DNA of 40,799 nucleotides from an uncultured Hyphomonadaceae bacterium (lineage in GTDB: Bacteria; Pseudomonadota; Alphaproteobacteria; Caulobacterales; Hyphomonadaceae). The translations under genes were made by a program, and so were the position numbers. Below, one piece after another: positions 35,488 through 40,799 of this stretch. Each line of letters starts with the position of its first letter. Positions within the stretch are counted from its first letter, which is position 1. The DNA lies in the NCBI GenBank assembly GCA_964597685.1, contig CAZQZC010000001.1, positions 1 through 40,799 on the forward strand, in the 5' to 3' direction. Below the pieces are notes generated by a model. That model was not told where the DNA came from and made no database searches. It saw only the letters and a list, made by a program, of their open reading frames with translations.

Positions 35488-37878
35488 ATGGACCGATCGG
35501 CATCAGCGATGAACGCGCATCAAATGAGCTTGGAATCCGTCTTCACAGAACCCGAGCTCAATGATGAGCAAGGCAATCTCATTCGGCTGAAGCAATTTGC
35601 ATTGGCGACAATGCTGACGCCCATCATTCTTATGGCCAGTTTGGTCAATTGCGCCGTGATCGTAATGTCGTATTGGGGTGACGCCTCACGGAGCTTGCTT
35701 GGGTTTTGGGCGTTTGCGCATTGTTTCATTTGCGCCGCTTTCTTTCTGATAAGTTTGCGCGAGAAGTCGCTGTTACTGGGCAAGAAGCGGTGCGACGAGC
35801 AGAACATAAACAAGTTCTCCCGCGGCTCGATGGTGTTGGGCTTCCTTTGGGGCGTCGTTCCTGTGATCGTCGTGCCGTATACGGATCCGATGGGGCAAAT
35901 GACGCTCGGCACGATCATGTCGGGCATGCTCTTCGCCAGTGCATTCATGCTGTCGCGTCTTCCGCGCGCGGCGTTCGCCTTTATGGCGACTGTGGTTGTT
36001 GGCTTGGTCGTTTCCTTACTGATCGAGCCAGACCCGCGATCCGATTTTCTAACAATATTGACGTTCACTTACTTTGGCGCGCTCGCGGTTTGTGTGCGAT
36101 GGTCCTTCACACAATACGTCCAGCAGCATCTCGACGCGGCGGCGGTCGCCGAGCAGGGCGAGGTGATCGGGCTCCTGCTTAAAGACTTTGAAGAAAGCAC
36201 GTCCGATTGGCTGTGGCAGACCGATTCCGCAGGCATGCTCCAAGAAATACCATTGACGGTCACTGCGTCGAAGAGCGGCTACGACATTATGGAGTCGGGC
36301 CGCCCTTTGCTGACCCTCTTCAAACCTAACCGAGCGCGGAATGAATTAGAGGCTTGCCTCGCCAGTCGTACGGGGTTTCGTGACGTCGAGCTTCAGGTCG
36401 ACGCCGACGACGGGCCGCGCTGGTGGCTTCTGACGGGCAAGCCATTGTTCAGCAATGGCGAGTTTGTCGGCTTCCGGGGCGTCGCTTCGGACATGACGTC
36501 TAGTAAGAAAAGCGAAGATCAGATCGCTTACATGGCTCACCACGATGGGCTGACGGGACTTCCCAACCGCGCCAACCTTCATGCAGAAATTGAACGCTCC
36601 GTCCAGCGTCCGCCGTCGCCCGGCGTTGATCGCGCGCTGCTGTTGATGGATCTGGACAATTTCAAATGGGTCAATGATACGCTGGGCCACCCGGCTGGAG
36701 ATGAATTGCTGCGCTTGGTGACCCAGCGTCTCTTGAACACGGCTGAAGACCACGACTTTATCGCCCGTCTCGGCGGCGACGAGTTCGCGCTTATTGTCGA
36801 ACGACCCGAGGAAGGCGGCGCGCTGAGCGAATTCCTCGACGATCTGATTGGCTCGTTGTCGGAGCCTTATCACCTCTGGGGATCAACGGCGCAGTGCAGC
36901 GCTAGCATCGGCGTCCGGCCATTCGACGCCTACGCCATGGACGCGCGGACCTTGCTCAAACACGCCGATTTGGCGCTCTACAAGGCCAAGCAAAACGGGC
37001 GTGCTCAGTGGGCTGTGTTTACACAAGATCTGGACGATCGATCGCGTGCGCGCCGGCAATTGGAGGATGATCTCCGAAAAGCGTTGGACCAAGGCGAGCT
37101 CGCCGTCTTCTATCAGCCCTTGATCGATGCGGCGACACAACAAGTGGTCAGCGCTGAAGCGCTGTTGAGGTGGCGGCATCCGACGCGCGGTCTCGTGCAG
37201 CCGACAGAGTTCATCGAGCTCGCCGAAGACACAGGATTGATCACACGCATCGGCGCCTGGACGATCCACAGTGCGATCGAGGCGGCCAACAAGTTTCCGG
37301 ACGGCGTGGGCGTGTCGATCAACATCTCTCCCGTTCAGATTCTCTCTGCGGACTTCATCGCCACGATTGAAGAAGCGCTTGGGAATACAGAATTGTCTTC
37401 AGACCGGGTGGAGTTGGAGATCACAGAATCCGTGTTGATGACCGAGACAGAAACAACGTTCGGCCGTCTTCAGGCGCTCAAAGACCTGGGTGTGAAGATC
37501 GCATTGGACGATTTCGGCACGGGATTCTCATCCCTTTCCTATCTCAGAAGGTTCCCTTTCGACAAAATCAAGATCGATAAATCTTTCATCTCCGACCTTG
37601 AAACGAGCGACGATAGCCGCGCGATCACGATCGCAACACTTGGGTTGGCGAAATCGCTGGGGCTGCGCTGCACCGCCGAGGGCGTTGAAACGGCCTTTCA
37701 GAGCGACTTCCTCCGCGCTCACGGATGCGATGAACTGCAAGGCTTCTTCGTCAGCAGGGCGCAGCCGTTGGAGAATCTCGTTCACTTCCTCGGCGAACGC
37801 CCAGACCCCTCCGCGATCGGCGCCGGCGGCCCAAGGCTTAAGCTTGTTTCAATGGGAAGCGAGTCGGACGTCGGTTAA
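35488..37878 (+). CDS. Membrane-anchored PAS-GGDEF-EAL c-di-GMP turnover protein
   Basis: There are about six N-terminal TM helices and a PAS-like segment (WLWQTDSAGML). The GGDEF site is intact (ARLGGDEFALIV). EAL signatures are intact (SAEALLRW, ELEITES, DDFGTGFSSLSYL, KIDKSFI, EGVET). Confidence 0.92.
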   Translation: MDRSASAMNAHQMSLESVFTEPELNDEQGNLIRLKQFALATMLTPIILMASLVNCAVIVMSYWGDASRSLLGFWAFAHCFICAAFFLISLREKSLLLGKKRCDEQNINKFSRGSMVLGFLWGVVPVIVVPYTDPMGQMTLGTIMSGMLFASAFMLSRLPRAAFAFMATVVVGLVVSLLIEPDPRSDFLTILTFTYFGALAVCVRWSFTQYVQQHLDAAAVAEQGEVIGLLLKDFEESTSDWLWQTDSAGMLQEIPLTVTASKSGYDIMESGRPLLTLFKPNRARNELEACLASRTGFRDVELQVDADDGPRWWLLTGKPLFSNGEFVGFRGVASDMTSSKKSEDQIAYMAHHDGLTGLPNRANLHAEIERSVQRPPSPGVDRALLLMDLDNFKWVNDTLGHPAGDELLRLVTQRLLNTAEDHDFIARLGGDEFALIVERPEEGGALSEFLDDLIGSLSEPYHLWGSTAQCSASIGVRPFDAYAMDARTLLKHADLALYKAKQNGRAQWAVFTQDLDDRSRARRQLEDDLRKALDQGELAVFYQPLIDAATQQVVSAEALLRWRHPTRGLVQPTEFIELAEDTGLITRIGAWTIHSAIEAANKFPDGVGVSINISPVQILSADFIATIEEALGNTELSSDRVELEITESVLMTETETTFGRLQALKDLGVKIALDDFGTGFSSLSYLRRFPFDKIKIDKSFISDLETSDDSRAITIATLGLAKSLGLRCTAEGVETAFQSDFLRAHGCDELQGFFVSRAQPLENLVHFLGERPDPSAIGAGGPRLKLVSMGSESDVG

Positions 37879-37901
37879 ATCGTCCGAAGGGGAAGCGCCG
37901 C

Positions 37902-40601
37902 TCAATCCCCTCCGCCAAAGATTCCCTTTAGGACGTCCCGCGCGCGGTCTTCCGGCTCCTCATCTTCGTCTTCGTCCGTATCGTCAGCGCCCAGGGCCTC
38001 GCCGAGGAGGCCGCCCAGAACATTCTCGACCGACGGCTCCTGCGCCGTATCGTCGTCCTGTTGCGCGCCGCTGCGGGAGGGACGCAGTCCCCCGGTCAAA
38101 CGGTCCAAGGCCTGGGCCTGCAAGCGCTGCGACACCCAGTCCGTGTCGAACGCGGGCGACGGCGACGTCCAGGGACCGGTGAGCCGCAACGGGATGCCCA
38201 AACCGCCAAGATCCAAGCCCAATCCCAGCGATTCCGTCGACCCCACGGCTTCAGTTTCAATTCGGACGTCGAGGGTCTGCGCGCCAAGGTTGATCGTTCC
38301 TGACCCCTTGGCTTTCACGGCGGGACCGTCGACGCTGAGATCGCGGATCCGGCCAACGCCGTTGGAGATGTCCAGCGCGGCGTTCAACGATGTGAAATCT
38401 GTGGCTGACGACGGAGACAACGCCGTCGGAATCGCGCCCGACGTCAGAGCTTGTTGAACGCTGCGGACCAATTGCGCCGCATTCAGACCATTGATCGAAC
38501 CATCGTTCAGCCGCGCCGAGGCTGCGCCGTCGAGATTGGTCATGATCTGTTTGACGCTTGCCCCTCTGGAGGCGACATCCAATGAGATCGCGCCGGTCCC
38601 GGACAAGACGCCAAGCCCAGTAAACGCCTGCAGGGCCTCTTGCATCTGCGCGCCGTCGCCGTTGAATTTCAGCGTGACGCTCGGCGTCGCGCCGCGGATG
38701 TCGACGCCCATCGCGCCCGACCATGCGCCGCCGAAGGATCTGAAGCTGTCCAACGCCGCATCGAAGTCGCCATTGGTGAGCGCGGCTGTCGCTGAAACAT
38801 CCGTCATCCGCATGGTTGAAATGACAAGCGACGGGGTGCGCGCTTTGAGGTCGAGGTTGACCAGATCAAGGGCGGCCAGATCCAATGGTTCGTCGCTCCA
38901 CCCAGATGTTTCCTCCGACGGCCCCATGAACGGCGTCAGATCAAGCGCGTTGAAGGTCATATCCGCGGTTAAGGTGGGACGCGGGCCGTCGAGACGGACG
39001 CCTGCGGCGCCATTGGCCGCGATGTCGTCGAGGGCGAGCGATACATCGGAGACATTTACGGCTGAGAAGGTTCCCGAGGCGTCGCCCGAAACGCTGAACG
39101 TTTTCATGGTCTCGCCAGGCGGCAGCGGCGAGCCGGCGGCGTCGAGCAATCCCCTCAAATCACCGCTTGAGGCCTCGAGGCGGCCGTCCATCCGACCTGC
39201 GCCGCCAAGTCCGATCGAGCCCGAATAGGACGCCGAGAGAACAGGGCTCTCATGGCGTGCATCAAGATTAGATATTGTCAGGGCGTTGAACGGGCCAGAA
39301 ACAGCGCCTGAAACATCGAGCCGCTTCAACGGTCCTGCGCTGGACGCGTCGATCCCCAACGCGTCGATTAAGGCCGCCGCATCGGCGGCGTTCGCCGTAA
39401 ACCGCCCGTCGAGACGACCTGCGTCTGCGAGGGATAGGTCGCCCGAAAAATTTGTTGACATCAAAGGTGAGCGTTGGGTCAACGAATTGACCGACAGGGT
39501 CAGCGAACCTTCGGGTGTTGCGAGGGCGCCTGAAAAGTCGATCTGACCAATCGGCGCGGGGTCGACGGGCAGGGCGTCCTCTAGATTAAGAGCTGCAACA
39601 AGCGCGGCGGTGTCTTCGACCTTGAGCTCGATGTTTCCGGTCGCGAGCGGCGACGCAGCAACGATGACATCCCCGTCGAAGGACGCCGTCATCAGATCGC
39701 CAGCTTGGCGCAAGCGATCGAAGCTGATCGACAAACGGTCGGCGGGGCCGACTACGTCGCCTGCCGCCTGGACGCCGCCAAGCGGCCCCAAATCCACATC
39801 CATATCGACGCCGGCATACGCCGCCAGCGCCGCCAAATTGGGAACGTCCAGAGAGAATGCGCCCTCTGCCGACGGCGTCTCCTGCAAAGTAAAGGCGCCG
39901 TCATATGCGATGTCAGCGAGGTCCGAGGCGAAGTCGAGCGTTATATCCACGGTCTCGCCCGCCAACAGGGCGTTGGGGGAGTCGAGCCTGAGGGAGACGT
40001 CGAACGCGTCGCCATTGAATAGGCCGTCGCCCTCGAAGGAGAGCGGAGAGTCGAATGACTGAACGCTCGCCTCCGCGTTCAAGTTCTCAAGCCTGTACTC
40101 TGTTCCGGCCGTGTGATCGCGATAGGTCACGTTGGCGTTCGTGAGGCGCGCGCGGTCAATACCCGCATTCACCGCACTTGGACCGCCGTCTCCCGTTTCA
40201 GCCGGTTCGTCTCCGTCGCCGAACTCCCAATTTGCACGACCGTCTGTCAGCCGTTCCAGAGAGACCGTGGCGTCTTCGAACGAAATCTCAGCGACTTCAA
40301 CCCTGCCTGAGAATAGCGGAGCAAGCTTGACCGACGCGCGAAGGGCGCCCGCCGAGATCATGTGCTCGTCGGTGAAGCCGTCGGGATTGGACACGAGCAC
40401 GTCCTCGACACGCGCGGCGATGCTCGGCAAGATCGACACGCCAACATCGCCGTTCAACCCAACTTCGCGGCCAAGCGCGTTTTCTGCAGCGGACTCGATC
40501 TGCGCCTTGTATACTTCCTTTGGGATGAAGAAGGGGACAATCGCCGCGGCGGCCAGAAGCAGGCCGACGATCCCGGCCAGGATCAGCGCGATTCGTTTCA
40601 T
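37902..40601 (-). CDS. AsmA family outer-membrane biogenesis / lipid-transfer-like protein
   Basis: An N-terminal anchor (MKRIALILAGIVGLLLAAAAIV) is followed by an AsmA-type N-domain (GREVGLNGDVGVSILPS...VEVAEISFEDATVSLER). The remainder is long and beta-rich, 899 aa in total, with the AsmA C-terminal block GSINGLNAAQL...GPWTSPSPAFD. Confidence 0.85.
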   Translation of the reverse strand: MKRIALILAGIVGLLLAAAAIVPFFIPKEVYKAQIESAAENALGREVGLNGDVGVSILPSIAARVEDVLVSNPDGFTDEHMISAGALRASVKLAPLFSGRVEVAEISFEDATVSLERLTDGRANWEFGDGDEPAETGDGGPSAVNAGIDRARLTNANVTYRDHTAGTEYRLENLNAEASVQSFDSPLSFEGDGLFNGDAFDVSLRLDSPNALLAGETVDITLDFASDLADIAYDGAFTLQETPSAEGAFSLDVPNLAALAAYAGVDMDVDLGPLGGVQAAGDVVGPADRLSISFDRLRQAGDLMTASFDGDVIVAASPLATGNIELKVEDTAALVAALNLEDALPVDPAPIGQIDFSGALATPEGSLTLSVNSLTQRSPLMSTNFSGDLSLADAGRLDGRFTANAADAAALIDALGIDASSAGPLKRLDVSGAVSGPFNALTISNLDARHESPVLSASYSGSIGLGGAGRMDGRLEASSGDLRGLLDAAGSPLPPGETMKTFSVSGDASGTFSAVNVSDVSLALDDIAANGAAGVRLDGPRPTLTADMTFNALDLTPFMGPSEETSGWSDEPLDLAALDLVNLDLKARTPSLVISTMRMTDVSATAALTNGDFDAALDSFRSFGGAWSGAMGVDIRGATPSVTLKFNGDGAQMQEALQAFTGLGVLSGTGAISLDVASRGASVKQIMTNLDGAASARLNDGSINGLNAAQLVRSVQQALTSGAIPTALSPSSATDFTSLNAALDISNGVGRIRDLSVDGPAVKAKGSGTINLGAQTLDVRIETEAVGSTESLGLGLDLGGLGIPLRLTGPWTSPSPAFDTDWVSQRLQAQALDRLTGGLRPSRSGAQQDDDTAQEPSVENVLGGLLGEALGADDTDEDEDEEPEDRARDVLKGIFGGGD

Positions 40602-40668
40602 TTCGGACGCTCCGGTTGTGACGTGACTAACATAATCGCGCGAAATGAATTCCCAACAACACCATTGC

Positions 40669-40697
40669 TTGACCAGCGGGCTTGGCGCGATTAAACC
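40669..40697 (+). promoter_or_regulatory. Candidate promoter for tRNA-Asp
   Basis: TTGACC-N17-TAAACC (or N16-TTAAAC) lies about 30 nt upstream of the tRNA 5' end. This is a pattern match only. Confidence 0.25.
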
Positions 40698-40728
40698 GCA
40701 GCCTCGCTTCGCAGGAAGCGGCCAATGC

Positions 40729-40799
40729 GCGGGTGTAGCTCAGCTGGTTAGAGTGCCGGCCTGTCACGCCGGAGGTCGCGGGTTCGAGCCCCGTCACTC
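40729..40799 (+). tRNA. tRNA-Asp (anticodon GTC), 3' end truncated by the window edge
   Basis: The sequence is GCGGGTG-TA-GCTC..GAGT, with anticodon stem CCGGC/GCCGG and loop CTGTCAC (GTC at 40763-40765). The T arm is GCGGG-TTCGAGC-CCCGT. The 3' acceptor strand begins CACTC and then the window ends. Confidence 0.9.

Noticed and set aside
35268-37901. An intact genomic island or mobile element inserted at tRNA-Pro.
   Set aside because: There is no integrase, excisionase, transposase or flanking full-length direct repeat. Only one cargo-like gene is present. It is kept only as a low-interest scar hypothesis.
1-40799. Window-wide look for CRISPR arrays, IS elements, prophage genes, toxin-antitoxin pairs and known defence modules.
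   Set aside because: I saw no repeat-spacer periodicity, no transposase, integrase, recombinase, nuclease or helicase-type ORFs, and no small paired ORFs outside the assigned housekeeping genes. The window appears to be ordinary core chromosome.

Overview
This 40.8 kb window of about 60-65% GC DNA reads as core chromosome of an alphaproteobacterium. The supporting hallmarks are an ALA-synthase-type hemA, a Ros/MucR regulator, and three conserved synteny blocks: glyA-nrdR-rib-nusB-thiL, plsX-fabH-ihfA-merR-tRNA-Pro and serS-surE-pcm / yajC-secD-secF. Coding density is about 90%, and many adjacent genes overlap by 4 nt (ATGA/GTGA), which suggests translational coupling.

In order, the window contains:
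- the 3' end of a TonB-dependent receptor and a GH13 lipoprotein
- mmsA and mmsB, then serS, a GNAT gene, surE and pcm
- yajC-secDF, an unknown lipoprotein and a second GNAT gene
- isobutyryl-CoA dehydrogenase, a small PilZ gene, a TauD-like dioxygenase and 3-hydroxyisobutyryl-CoA hydrolase
- marR, hemA, mucR and glyA
- nrdR-ribD(reductase only)-ribE-ribB(X)-ribH-nusB-thiL
- a K+-independent H+-pyrophosphatase
- a DUF547 / GT-C / GT2 trio
- bamE, a ubiquinol-cytochrome c chaperone-like gene, then plsX-fabH-ihfA-merR
- tRNA-Pro(GGG), a membrane PAS-GGDEF-EAL protein, an AsmA-family protein and a truncated tRNA-Asp(GTC)

I found no CRISPR array, IS element, transposase, integrase, phage gene or recognisable defence or toxin module. 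I therefore cannot point to a convincing stand-alone novel system.

The observations most worth a second look are:
- the self-contained DUF547 / GT-C / GT2 envelope-glycosylation-like unit (28.0-31.1 kb)
- a Ros/MucR homologue that keeps only one of the four zinc ligands
- a rib operon whose RibD lacks the deaminase domain and whose RibBA-like protein has a ligand-less GTP cyclohydrolase II domain
- an uncharacterised lipoprotein downstream of secDF
- a stand-alone PilZ receptor
- a degenerate copy of the tRNA-Pro 3' end next to a lower-GC GGDEF-EAL gene

All family assignments come from motif recognition by eye. No database search was run.
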